Source: Perkinsus chesapeaki ATCC PRA-425 (taxonomy: Eukaryota; Protista; Perkinsozoa). From it: 64,000 bases of DNA. Both the position numbers and the translations under genes were made by a program. The notes under the pieces are model-generated. The model was not told the DNA's origin. It ran no database searches and saw only the letters and a list, made by a program, of their open reading frames with translations. Below, one piece after another: positions 11,315 to 24,168 of this stretch; within the stretch, counting starts at the first letter, position 1; every line of letters begins with the position of its first letter. The stretch spans positions 14,397 through 78,396 of the forward strand of contig JAAPAO010000099.1 of assembly GCA_013115145.1 (NCBI GenBank), given 5' to 3'.

Positions 11315-14300
11315 TCATGCGTTGCAAGCTGTTATGAGCCCACTCGCAACAGTCTTGCCGCCTTCTCGAAGGGCAAAACGCAAACCTAGGGGGAATCATT
11401 CAGAGAAATGCAGAGACGTATAGGACTTACCAACTTCAACGGCTTGAGGTCTGTCTAACTTCAGTGTAGCTTTGATGCTATCACCTAGAAAAATAATAAT
11501 AATGGTGAAATAAAACACCCATGCCAGCAGCGCATGTGATATTGTACCATCTATAGTGGACATTTTATATCAACAAAAAACTTACTCCATCAAAAAGTTC
11601 TTCCTTACTTTATCAATGCTAATTACTAGTATTGATAAATACGCTAATTCATGCCCCTATACGAATGAGATGCGTTCCCTATGTACAGTCCTACGGTATA
11701 GTGTATGGGTTATATTGCGACCTTCTAGCTGTAATCTAGATCTGGTGAATCGACAATAAACACTCTGAAAAGTGGTACAGGTCCCAAACTTACCAGGCAT
11801 AGCCATGTCTATCCCATCAGGCAATATAATCCTACATGAGCAATCACCAGTTCTGATGTAGGCTTGGGGACGATACTCACTATGGAAGGGGTTCTTACGT
11901 CCACCTAAATGTGTTGGTAAGAATGAAGCCCCCCAGTCTTAGCACATTGGTTACAACGGAGGTGTGTTCAGCAAGCAAATGGTAGGGAGCTACTAAAAAA
12001 GTACCACGCTAATCAGACTTGTCGTTTCCATCATCATCAACAAGGGCGAGAGGGATTTCCGCTCCCCTATCGAAGATGAGCAAGCTTATCAAAACCGCTC
12101 ATTGTCACGTGAAGTCGATGGCATTCGTGCACACGGTAAAATTGTGTATCATTATCTGCACAGGTGAGCCGATGGTAATGGTTCCTACCCTCATCCTCCT
12201 TCAATACATACAAATCTGTCTCGAACTCTGTATAGGTCTTAGCAGCACCGGGCTTGGTTAGTACCATACCGCGACGGATCTAATAAAGGGATCCCATTAA
12301 ATTAAGTAATATACAACTCAACGAGATTATCCTAGTTAAGAAGGGCACACGAAAAGAAAAGCTTTGAGAAGATGATTTCCTGAAAAAGAGCTGAAAAAAT
12401 ATTTTTTTGTGAATAATATATTAAAATAGTTGATAATATATTAAAATAGTTGATAATATATTAAAATAGTTGATAATATATTGAAACAGTTGATAATATA
12501 TTAAAATAGTTGATAATATATTAAAATAGTTGATAATATATGAAAACAGTTGATAATATANNNNNNNNNNNNNNNNNNNNNNNNNNNNNNNNNNNNNNNN
12601 NNNNNNNNNNNNNNNNNNNNNNNNNNNNNNNNNNNNNNNNNNNNNNNNNNNNNNNNNNNNTAATATATTAAAATAGTTGATAATATATGAAAACAGTTGA
12701 TAATATATTAAAATAGTTGATAATATATTAAAACAGTTGATAATATATTGAAATTGATGATACTGCTAATAGCCCCTCACAACTGCCACTTGTTAATACT
12801 ATATACGCTTACCTGATTCTTCTTCACCCCCTTGAGCATCACCCCACACTGATCACCCGCCATGCCTTGATCAAGAGTCTTATGGAACATCTCAACACCC
12901 ATACACTGCGACTTGAACTTCTCTTTACCCTATCAATAGAACACCAACATAAAGGAATAACAGCAGACATAACTCAGCAGCAGGTTACAAAGCCAATATC
13001 GATTCTACTATATCACCAATGGAAAAGAGGGATTAATCTAGCGTCACTAAATGTGTTCATCGAGATTTGGAAAACGAAATGGGATAATGCGAAGTCTTGC
13101 GACTACGATATAGTACAGCATATTTCCGTAACTTATTGCTGTACAATTTTTCCCTCTGTTATTAGTACATAAAAAGACGTTTCCATTTTGCAAGTAACCG
13201 AAAGGTCTGCTTTGCTATAAATCAGTCTTACCTGACCAACAATCTCCAGCGGGTCCCCGACTTTCACCAAGCCCTGCTCAATCCGGCCAGTGACAACATA
13301 GCCTGATCGCTAAAATCATCGAGCCACAGTGAATCACAGCCCACCTTTTCCTTGAATATTAACCACCGTTTCGATAGGCAGCAAAAACGGTTTGTCTTGA
13401 AGTCGGGCTAATAACATCAATACGTCATAGATGACCTAACACTTGTCTACGTGGCTCTGGAATGTATTCATCAACCGCATCCATCAGCTTCAAGATGGCC
13501 TCTTTACCGTACTCGCCCTCCTCACCACGAAGGGCCTTCAATGCCGAGCCCTTCACAAAGGGGGTCTCCTCACCTAGAACGCAAGATATAATATATATCG
13601 GACCTAGTATCCATATAGAAATATCCATACTCGACATTTATTTAAACACGCAAGCGATTGAGAAATCAATCTAGGTATACAATCTACCATCACGGGGATG
13701 CTTTGTCCCTAACACGGAGACACAATGAAATGTTCTTTAGGAAAAATATGTTTCTATACCAAAAGTAAACATCATTCCTCCTGTGAGCTTGTGATGCTCT
13801 TTATTACTCGCTTACCTGGGTATTTATAGAACTCCAGCAGCTCTCGGACCTCCAGCTCAACGAGCTCAACCAACTCGGGATCGTCGACTTGGTCCATTTT
13901 ATTCAGGAATACGACAAGTCTAAACAGGTTGAAAGAACGACTCGGGAAATTCCGATTCGAGAACTAAGAATTTCGTGAAGAGACAGGAACTTTTCAAGAT
14001 GTATAGTAACAAAAATAAAGCAAATAATAGTATCCCCCGAGAGGATCGAAACTAACATGACCGGCTAAAAACAACTAAAACGCATAAAACTCGAGTTGAA
14101 ATGTGACCAGAGTCTTTCGAGTTCGGAATGCAGTAAGAAGAGTAAGATTGAAATGTAAAATGTGCCCGATAGACTGAAGAACTCTCGACTGGAGTGCACT
14201 TCATAAATCCAAACGACCTTACCTCGGCACCCCAATTTGCTTAGCAAGTAGTATATGTTCCCTCGTCTGAGGCATTGGCCCGTCAAATGCCGATACCACC

Positions 14301-15331
14301 AGAATGGCTGGAGTCGAGCTTTACTAGACAGATATGATAATCATAGCTCACCTCCATCAACTTGGGCCGCACCAGTAATCATATTTTTAACATAATCTGC
14401 GTGGCCAGGGCAATCAACGTGACCGTAGTGACGCTTTTCGGTCGAATATTCAACGTGGGTCTGGTTGATGGTGATACCTGCGGACATACGCCTTATTAGA
14501 GGAAAATACGGGGGAAATTCGGTATAAAAAATTACGTCGCATTGAGAAAGGCGTTACTAGCTTGAATGTTGTAAACGAGTAAGGATATGAGCTTGAGGGC
14601 TCGAAAAGACCCTCCGAAAGAGAGAGAAAAAATGACGATAAACTGAGGGTGTATTTGAGCGAAGGCAAGGCATACCTCGTCTCTTCTCCTCAGGTGCTCT
14701 ATCAATAGCTTCATAGGTCTGGAAATCTGCCAGACCTTTGTCACTGAGGATCTTGGTGATCGCTGCTGTGAGGGTCGTTTTACCATGATCAACGTGACCT
14801 GAGGAAGTCAATGATAAACAATTAAATGTACGTTACTATAGGAAACCCGCACTATGGACAATTGAGAATGCACAAGCCCGAAGGTTTATATACAAAAAGG
14901 GATTATAATCCATTATTGTATTAGTTGATGATATAATACTTATATACCATACGAGGAATAATATGTACCCATCAAACCTATCACGATAAATTCATGCGCT
15001 CTTCATTATCATTACAAAGTAGTTAATAGTTAATACTAGCGCTAATAAGGAAATATATAATAACTCCGCTCCTACTTTATATGGAGCGGAAAGAAGGAGG
15101 GCACGAAGTTTTCCAAGAAATAAAGCGACGGAACTTGCGAAAATAAATAGATTCCGGCGAAAGTATCGATGCATTGTACAACTTACCAATAGTGCCCAAA
15201 TTCAAATGAGGCTTTGTTCTTACAAACTTGCCGGTTGCAAAGCCCCTCAGCGATATAAGCGCCGCTGTACTTAGACGGGAGGATAATGATCGATTGACGA
15301 TGCTAGGGGAGCAGTAGGTAGCAGCAAACAT
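11315..15331 (-). CDS. TUFM: Mitochondrial elongation factor Tu, multi-exon
   Basis: Motifs [64 protein letters not shown] and [14 protein letters not shown]. The S/R-rich N-terminus ending ..RGFA resembles a mitochondrial presequence. Introns are spliceosomal GT-AG. Confidence 0.95.
11965..12042 (-). ncRNA. Possible intronic box C/D snoRNA
   Basis: ATGATGA (C box), CTGA (D' box) and CTGA (D box) over ~70 nt, with a short terminal TGT/ACA stem, inside an EF-Tu intron. No target was identified. Confidence 0.25.
12413..12750. repeat. 20-bp AT-rich minisatellite (TAATATATTAAAATAGTTGA)n in an EF-Tu intron
   Basis: About 7 copies before and about 4 copies after the N run, with minor variants. 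Confidence 0.95.
12561..12660. other. Assembly gap (100 N)
   Basis: Run of exactly 100 N inside the minisatellite; the true size is unknown. Confidence 0.99.
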
Positions 15332-16111
15332 TAGTAAAATACTAAAAGGAATTTTAACGAAAATAATATGCTACAAAAGTACTGTATGAAAGCACAGGGT
15401 ACTATTAAATCACTAAACACAAAGTAGCTCCTGATTTACTGTATACTGTATTCAGTAATACCCATAGTATTAAGGTTTAAGAGGTCATTTAGCCTTGACG
15501 GAAGGACCAAAGCGATGTGATCAGGTCTTAAATAATACCATTTATTCCTTTACGAAAAAGGCAACGTTGCCCAAAGACTTAGCCATTTCCTTAGCAGTCT
15601 ATATTATGCTCTAAGAATGCTACCTGCGATCCTAACCTCCCTCGAATGCACGTCCCTGCTGTTGCGTTGTTCAACGACGTAATCGATTAGAATGGCGAGC
15701 GCTACTTACAATGCGCACGTCCAGTACTGTAGTGGCATACATGACTTTAGACAAGGCATTGACAGAGCTGGCCAGGTGTATTTGTGATGATAGTGATGGG
15801 AGCCTATTGGGACGGATTAGGGCTGCTAATGCTGAGCTTATAGTAATATAACGGACTTTCACTTATTGACAAACAGTTTAGTCTCCTCAGCAGCTTTTGC
15901 CGTTTTTTGTGGCTTGACGTACTTGGTATTGAATAGGCCGAGTGCTAATCATCAATCTAAATTTTTTCTCCTTCCAGTGGGACACTATGCAAGTATACTT
16001 CTAACCCGGTAAACTTCCGGCTTCAATCGATTGTAAAATTCGTATATTTCAAATAATGTCAAAATGAATAGATTTTCATTAAATTAAGAATAGTGTTACT
16101 TTTGTTTCGTA

Positions 16112-16459
16112 ATGGATTATACTTTTGTTATTTTTCAGAAGACACAGTGTGTAATTGAAGAACTCAGTAAACTGCGCTGGGCTGTCCAACAAGAGGAAAA
16201 GAAGAGGGAAAAGGAGGCTGCAAAAATCCAGCTCTCTCAACCGATTGAAATTATCACTCCAAAAGAGCGAAAGCCTTTGGCGCCCGAGATCCTAGACCCG
16301 GTGGAAGCTATGTTGAAGAAGGCTCGTGAAGCTCTAATGGCTGAGCGAATGGAACGGAAAATTGACAGGTGTGTACGGATGATGAATGTATGTAATGGAG
16401 TGAGGGGGAGAGGGCCGTATCTCAATAGTTTCCAGAGGTTTTGCTCTCACGGCTTTTGA
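16112..16459 (+). CDS. Exon of an uncharacterised multi-exon gene (charged, coiled-coil-like)
   Basis: E/K-rich frame bounded by a plausible TTTCAG acceptor and a GT donor. No family was recognised. Confidence 0.4.
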   Translation: MDYTFVIFQKTQCVIEELSKLRWAVQQEEKKREKEAAKIQLSQPIEIITPKERKPLAPEILDPVEAMLKKAREALMAERMERKIDRCVRMMNVCNGVRGRGPYLNSFQRFCSHGF

Positions 16460-19400
16460 TTCAGAAGTTTCTTTTCAATTTTACGCTCCTTGTATATATC
16501 AGTACATTTGATCATGTCGGCTATTGAATTGCTTAACATTTTTAGACATTCGTATACTGTACATTTTAAGTTCACAAACAATCCAATCTCGAATATCCTG
16601 TTGTACTACGTAAGTCTTCACTGCATTAGGCGAGGGAATTAATGACAGGCATTCCTGGTCATGTATCGCCTAGACTGGATTGTTGCCAGCGTACCGTTTT
16701 ATGACTAAAAGCTTGCTTTTAGACCTTCATATAAGCGACCGACTCCTCGATCTAGTAAGGATAATGAGACCGGGGGGACAGACAAGAGTACTAAGACGGG
16801 GAACAGGACGGATAATAAAATGATGGGGAAACTCGAGAGTGATGTGACAAGTAATCTCAAATGCGCTGATAGGGAGTTTTCAGAGTCATCGTCTTCGACT
16901 AACAGCGTGGATAGTGGGAGATGTAAAGTGGATGGATCCCAGAATCCTGGTGATGGCAGGAACGAGGAGGTAGTATGTAATAGGGGGCTTAGTGGTTATT
17001 GGGATTGAACGGTATGTAGTCAATAGAATACTGATGTAGTCATCTGTTCAAATGATCACAATCCTAGCAGCTAGATATTCTTCAGATGAGCTTTATATGT
17101 TGGTTCGAGAGTCAACTTCTCTTCTGCTCGGCTGCTCAGCAACTATGCATAGTTCGAGTTTTCACGGCATAATTTATGCTTCAGAAACTATGCCATAACG
17201 TTCGATCTCATTCGCAATGTCTGCATCGCTGTCTTTTTGTAAACCGCCCAAGTTTGGGAAGCAGTGAGCAGTTTGCATAATGAGGCACCGCTCGGAGGTT
17301 CAGAATTGGGATGCTACGAGTGGGATTGTTGTAAACGCCGAGATAAATTTCGGCTGAGCTATATAACTAGCTCCCGATTGTAGTAATTCCGAGGCCGGGC
17401 GTTTCTGACGCAAAGTGCCCTGATTTGAATGGGGGGGATGTTTCATGGGACGATACGATGCTTGTTCTAGAATTTGAGTGTGTCCGAGAAGGTAATTTTA
17501 AGAGAGAGTACGACGCTATTGAGGCATGTTTGGAAGTGAATAGAGATCGCTGTTAGCGACCTCCGAAAATGACAAGTTGATAGCTGAGATGTCAGAAAAG
17601 GCTATTACTGGAAAAATATGCCTCATCCCGTGCGGATCCGATCCGCCGGATCGCTGCTCACTACTCGAGTATCTCGTCGCGCAATTCGTTTGTGGCTCAC
17701 GAGAGACGCGATGTCATTGCTGACAGTGCAAGCTTCGCCTAGAAATTTCGAGATCTACGTAACTTTCACCACTATCTTCATTGGATACTTGGCGAATGAA
17801 GCTATGATGCAAAAGGGTTAGAGGCTGGCTGAACAAAAGTCTGTTAGTGTCGATGTTTCTATCCATAATCGGCAGCTAGTAAAGGTGTTGAACGTTTTCT
17901 GAGGGTTAACGTAAGATATGGTATGATTGGCGGAGATGTTTATTATGCCTTTATGAGAGATACGAATATTTATAGGAGACTTTTTATGAGGCCACGAAAA
18001 AACACTTTCGGCCCTACTGATGAATTGCATGCTCGAGAAAGCATTGATTGGGTATTGCACTGTACAGTAGACGTGCATGTTCTAGAGCATTCTCTCCGTG
18101 AAGGAACTTTTTTTACGTCTTGAGTTGGTCTCTCTGTGTTTCGACAAATATACAGTCTGACTGTGCAGACTATATCTCTACACTCGATGTGTGAAACTCA
18201 ACTCTTGGCTCCGCTCTTCAAATTCCGCGTAGTGTACCAGTTAAGTATACTTGTTCTCTAACTGACTTTTCTACGCATTTGAAAATGAGATTTTCATTCT
18301 TTATGGTAGGCGATCATAAAGGCATCAATGGCATCCTTCGTAGACGATAACAGAAGTCGCATCTCCAGGTTTCGACGTGATGTTTCCACAGCACGTCGGC
18401 GAGCCTTTGGGGAAGTTGCTGTGTCAGGTAGGAAATACCATTACTTAATCGTTCCCTTATTAGCGATATGATTCATTCCTAAGAAGTTATGCTAGGTTTA
18501 TTCGAGCATTCGGTGCCTGAGTGGGAGGAAGATAGATTCCGAGCAGAATTGTTGCGAATGGCCTTACCTGTTCTGCAGCAGTTGAAGAGTGAAATAGACA
18601 TGCAGAGTGGAAGCGAGGTATAATCGACAATTGAATGGCTAATAGCCTTCTAGCTCCATCTGTCTCCCAAATCAGTATGCAGTGAACACACTTGTGACGG
18701 GTTAATAGGACCTAGTTTTACTTCTCGGATCTTTCAAATTCTAACGAACATTGTTTAGAATTCCGAGCAGAGTAGTTTTCTGCACTTTGCCCAATTTAGG
18801 CGCTCCCCTCTATGATGCCATGCAATGTAATTTCCAAGCACACTCCTGGGGTCCCTAAAAATGTGCTGCGTAATTTTCTTACGTGACTGCGTAATCGTAA
18901 AACTGTTATTATAAGGATATTTGTGCAACATTTGCTCAGCTTTCATCTTTCAGATGTATAACTCAAATTTTCAATATCCACGCATTAGGTTAGCCCTTCT
19001 ACCTTGGAGGAGTGGTCGAAGATCCTGAGTTGCATGTGGTATGTTCGATACAGGAAGCGACTGTCTGTCTGGCTGCCTAGTGAGGGTAGGAAAATGGATA
19101 TGTCAAGTTGGAAACCTACCTTCCAGATTCTGGTGAAGCAAACTGCATGGATGATGATGATAGCGAATTAGCCTCTTTTTCTGGAGGATAGATTGCAAGA
19201 GCATTGTGTTGGTTAATTAAATGTGGGGCAGGTGACATGGTTGACACATTGATACTTAATAGTTACTCTGTGCGGCTAGTAGTACTAGCCTAGTACTTTT
19301 TCCCCTTTATTTGTGAGGACTAGCTTAAGTCGAGTTGATTAGAAAAAGTTGGATTTCAAATCCTGAAGGGGAGTCACTTCAGTTTCAGACGATAAATTCT

Positions 19401-19571
19401 AGTCGAGATTTCTTCTAACCATCAAAGAATGAGGATATCGAATTTTCTAAAGAGAAGCATTGCATCTTCCTTCGCTCTTCGCCTCCGCGCTGGAATCCAG
19501 TCCATCGAGAGCTAGCTCGAACTCGCTGGCCGAATAAAGAAGTCCCATTTGTTGTCACAGTCTTCCTTCAC

Positions 19572-20304
19572 ATGGCTGCTAGGCAAAATAATCGTCGCAA
19601 AAAGCGAGGAGAATATAAAACCCATTCTACCTCGGTGAGAGCAGAAATAGTAGAGGCCGCCTTAGAGGGGAAGGGGCTGGCTGAAGGAGAAACCTGGCGA
19701 GACCGAGCAAGACAGCTGGGGGTCAATGTTAGCACCGCGCGAGCGTGGGTGAAGAGCGGCCGGGTAGCCCCGCTCCCGAAAGGGGGACGGTTGGCTGACC
19801 CGAAGAGGAAACTATCCGATACACACGGGGACTTCATTTATACACTTCTACAGGAGCGACCTACAACTCCATTGACAACTGTGAAGAAACTGTTGAAGGA
19901 GAGATTCGGGATTGAGATTGATCCCACTAATATATCTCGATACGTTAAGAGACAGGATAGATTCACCGAGGTGAGTCTCTGCGCCAGAATAACGGATTTA
20001 CCGTTATAACCTGGCTAGTAGTATGGACGACTATTCTGCTCACACGGTGGTCTCTCATACCGTCTAATCAAAACGTTATGTGCTTCTACTTCCGATGGCC
20101 CTCGTATGAGTAGAGCTCTACTATTATTATATTTTTACATCGGACGACATAGCTTCTTTTGGTACTTGGTCGGTTTATTGCCTTCAGATCCTCAAGGTAC
20201 GTCAACTTCGGCCGAAGCGCCAAGCCGCCATCGAGAGTCAGCCTGTGGAGCCGCCACCACCAGTACAATTGTCGCTGGGATTCACTGCTGTTCGCTCGCT
20301 TTAG
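19572..20304 (+). CDS. Tc1/mariner-IS630-like paired helix-turn-helix protein without a DDE domain (~171 aa, 2 exons)
   Basis: HTH1 WRDRARQLGVNVSTARAWVK, linker PKGGR and HTH2 LLQERPTTPL..LKERFGIEIDPTNISRYV. A phase-0 GT-AG intron (19971-20187) joins to exon 20188-20304. Confidence 0.6.
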
Positions 20305-21258
20305 GAACGATGAGCCGCTTTCTGATTCTAATAGATTCTCATCGCGTTTCCTCCTGTGTGTCGCCTTGTATTCAGGCACTTCGTTACACTAGCGGCACTC
20401 GACTAACAGATGAGCTTCTCCGATCGGGGCCGATACAGTCCTTTGGAAGGTTTGACCAATTACCGATGATATCCAGACGACCGACTAGTAGCACTGAGCA
20501 GTACATTATGCCAAGGTTTAGGAAGAGCAGTCGATTGCTTAAATGAACATATGTGAGTTTCCTCAATCTATTACAATACACTCGCTGTTTGCCAAATGCT
20601 GCTGGTCTCATACTACTATTACATAACAGTGATTCCTCCAACGTGTCACCAGACGAACAAAACTGAAATAATCTTACCTGCGCAACTAAAGTGAAGTAGC
20701 GCACAAACTGTATTAGATCGGGGAACTGAACGAGGAAGTTTAACTCTTGGAATTAACTGATACAGGTCTATGCCTAAATGAGGCAGCCTCCTAGCCATGG
20801 AATGTGACTCTTATCAGTTACGCGTCACTGAGGAGCCTTCCGGAAGATAACCCAAGAAGTGCTGCCTCTCGAAAAGTAGCTTCAGTTGTATCCCCACTGG
20901 CAGATGCAGACGTAGTTGTAGACGATGCACGGTTAATCAGCTGGACGCAACCTTAGAAAGCGAGGGCCCAGAAGGTACGTAAAAGTATGTGCGCAGCTGC
21001 TCCATAGCAATGAGTTCAGGCTAGAGCTCTCCTAGTCGCTTCCACCGCGAAACGGCCAAGGTTCGGCAATGTCGGCGAAAGTCGCTGAGCTGCGATGCTG
21101 TAGAAGAATCGATAATGTTTAAACAACATGCAATACTGTGTAAATGTCTCACATCATCTGGTTGCTTTGGTTTCCACGAAGGGTACATGCTATCGCTGAG
21201 AGACCATCAGTTCTAGTACAAACGCCGACCGAAAACGAGTGATGGCAACCATTTGTAA

Positions 21259-21330
21259 AGGTTCTATCGGGATTTGAACCCGAGTCGCTGGATTCAAAGT
21301 CCAGAGTGCTAACCACTACACTATAGAACC
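21259..21330 (-). tRNA. tRNA-Gln (anticodon TTG)
   Basis: 72-nt cloverleaf GGTTCTA..TAGAACC, anticodon arm CTGGA-CTTTGAA-TCCAG, T-arm TCGGG-TTCAAAT-CCCGA. Confidence 0.97.
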
Positions 21331-21370
21331 AATAGTTATGCCCTGGGACTTCTCATGACGGCAACGTACT

Positions 21371-21712
21371 TTGGTACAATGCCCTCCAGGGAGTCACAGA
21401 GCCTGGCGAGCATTTGGACATTTCAGATTGTTAATGTCACCGGCTTTATTCAAATGTTGCGGTCCAGGCGGCCAGGTATCGAGGCGAGGGCTGCCACCTC
21501 TCTCCAAGGACGGGCGCCGCAACGGGACCCTCTCTTCTGGCGACTCGGTGATGAGCAACATTGCATTCCTCAAAGTGTTGATGTCCATGCTTCAGGATGA
21601 GGATATAGAGGACGCCGTAATGCGGCTGAGCTTGGCAACTATACATGGTGGATCGAATTGTGATAATGCAGCAGATGTTCTTGTGAAGCTAGGAGTTTTA
21701 GAAGTGAAGTAA
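21371..21712 (+). CDS. Small hypothetical protein; C-terminus weakly CUE/UBA-like
   Basis: C-terminal helical segment EDIEDAVMRLSLA..GSNCDNAADVL. The 5' structure is uncertain. Confidence 0.3.
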   Translation: MVQCPPGSHRAWRAFGHFRLLMSPALFKCCGPGGQVSRRGLPPLSKDGRRNGTLSSGDSVMSNIAFLKVLMSMLQDEDIEDAVMRLSLATIHGGSNCDNAADVLVKLGVLEVK

Positions 21713-24168
21713 GAGATACAGCTTTAACTATGAAATGCAAATAGCTGATACCATTGCTGGGCTGTTCGGCGGCACTTCCTTATCGAATAGTCATTATAAA
21801 TACACCATTCCGCAGTGCTGGAGGCACAAAAACTAACCGTAGGACTTTCCCAAATTATTCTCAGTCGCCAACATGTGTAGCCAAAAACATGCATATAGTC
21901 CAACACTGGGGAGAAAAGTTATAGTATAGTATTAACTTGATTGGTAAATAGAAAGGAATTTGCTACAGGCTGTATCCTGTGGGCTACATGTCATTCACAT
22001 ATTACCGAATTAAGTGAACTATGGTGAAAACATTATACTACTTGAGATGGGTATGCTGATAGCCGTTTAACTTGAGGTTTATTTAATAGTCGTTTCACCT
22101 GGACGGTGCTTATCTATTGTAATATTCTAGCCTACTGTAGTGTATTAATGCTTCATACAGTGCCCGGTGTAGCTCGAAAGCTCCTGTGTATCCCTCCATA
22201 CAGGTCAGTGACATGGCCGCAAGACACCAGAATGCTTCTACATCATCGCAGCGGATGTGTTTTCACCAGAGTGAGCTGACCGCCTCCTGTTGCTGCGTCC
22301 TTCTAGCCGTATGTTATCAGCACTTTCGGATCCGTCCCGAGCCTGATCATACCACCTTCATAATGCGACTCAATTGCGAAGTCAACATTATGTGCGACTT
22401 AGCGAAAGTAAACAGCCAAATGCGGTTGATGGAATTACAAGAGTTCCCTCTCAGGACTACCTCCTCAACTATTGGAGGGCCCTAGGTCACCTGGTGCATC
22501 CGGAGACTGTGGAGATCGAAAGACTATATCAGGAGCGACGACTGGTCAGTCACGGGCGTCTCCTTACTTTACAATGGTCTCAGGTGCGGGACGTTCTTTT
22601 CCATGGATCATCCAGCGCGATACTAAGCGAATTTAGTAAGTCTCGAGACCGTTTGTTGCCCGATTCCCATGTACTTTGCAGTTCCCTCTAATGGACCTTC
22701 CGAGCCGCTTGGGTCAGATTCTCGGGAGGTAGGCGCTGTGTGAATTTGGTTCCATGTTTCAGTGCAGCTTCACCTAGGCGATGTTATCTTCTTTGTCAGT
22801 ATCTTCTCTCTTTTTGCTTTTGCATCCGGCATGATCAATCAGTGTATGAGCGTTATATTCAATCGCAGTTATAATTCCTCATGTTTTCTAATTCCCTTTC
22901 TATTTTCTACTTAATCGACCATACCATGCCACACAAGACGTTTTCTTGTAGCTACACTAAGCTTTCAAGCTTCTTGGCCATATTGTATCTAGATCTACGG
23001 CTCTGTAGCGGTAGAGTCACCAACGCTATATCAACCGTCCTTATAGGCACATCACTTTGGATCCCAGGAGACTACCCGAGAGAGAACGACCCATCGATTG
23101 CAGACAGCTAACAGTACAGAGCCCCGTCCTTCATCATTGCCTTGCTATCTTATAGGCCTACCTCGTATGCGACGTCCAGTACTAGCCAAGCCGACCATTC
23201 TACTTCGAATAAATGTTGAAAATGACAGGTGAACAGGCTGATGGCGGTGGATGGCCAAGTGGATCCAGTGCAATATCTGTTCTCTAGCCGACTTAGCTAG
23301 AACGATACTGAGTGTTCTCTGGATTTCCTATCGCAGTGGTATTCTCTAAGGTACATTATACGTCGCGAGCCTGAGCAGGGTGAGGCAATCGAGTCTACTG
23401 CACATGGAGATAGCAGTTTGTGGCAAATAGTGGAAGGTGGTGGATCATAGGAGACTGTCCTCGCCGAAGACAGTCATATCCTTCAGTTAATAGTGAGATT
23501 AAACCACCAACGAAGGGGCTGATGTCGGACACGATGGGTCGAGCCCGTGCAAGCTTAGCAAAGTACTACCGCCGCGGCATCTGATCGAGAGGAGCGCAGT
23601 TGTGTATTTCAGGCCGATACAGGCTGCTAGACGACAACTTCCAGGAAGCACGAGCCCACATGCCCCTGTATACCTGGAGAAGGACGACATTCTGAGGTGG
23701 GCCACGGATAGTGTCATAGTAGATATTTTACAGCCCCAATTGCTTCATCGTAGCCTGGTTTGATATAACAAAGTCGAGTAGTCTATAGGAAGGGCTACCA
23801 TTGCTCTACTGAACCACTGTTTGAGCTCTGTACCCTATTGAAGGGGGGTGGGTCTCAAAGGTGTCTCCAAGTGTTCGTCTCGGAAGTTAAAGTGCCCGTT
23901 GTTCGTATTGATGGTACAACACTTGATAGGGGATAGGCTCGTAGTCGGAGGAGAGTTGAATACATTCCTACTGGGGGCGTATCACTCATATTTATGAGTG
24001 ATATAAATTATAGCACTGGCTCGATCTGCTGAGGGTTCAGTAACTATTAAAATGCATGACTGTTCCATCCGACATGCATAATCATACGAACATGATACTA
24101 TCACAATGTTGTGCAACGACCTACAAATACGTCCACTTCACCAACTTGAATATATGCTCTTAATGCAG

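Noticed and set aside
12413-12750. CRISPR array
   Set aside because: Head-to-tail tandem units with no unique spacers, inside a eukaryotic intron.
11315-15331. Bacterial contamination or recent HGT of tuf
   Set aside because: It has many spliceosomal introns and a mitochondrial-type presequence.
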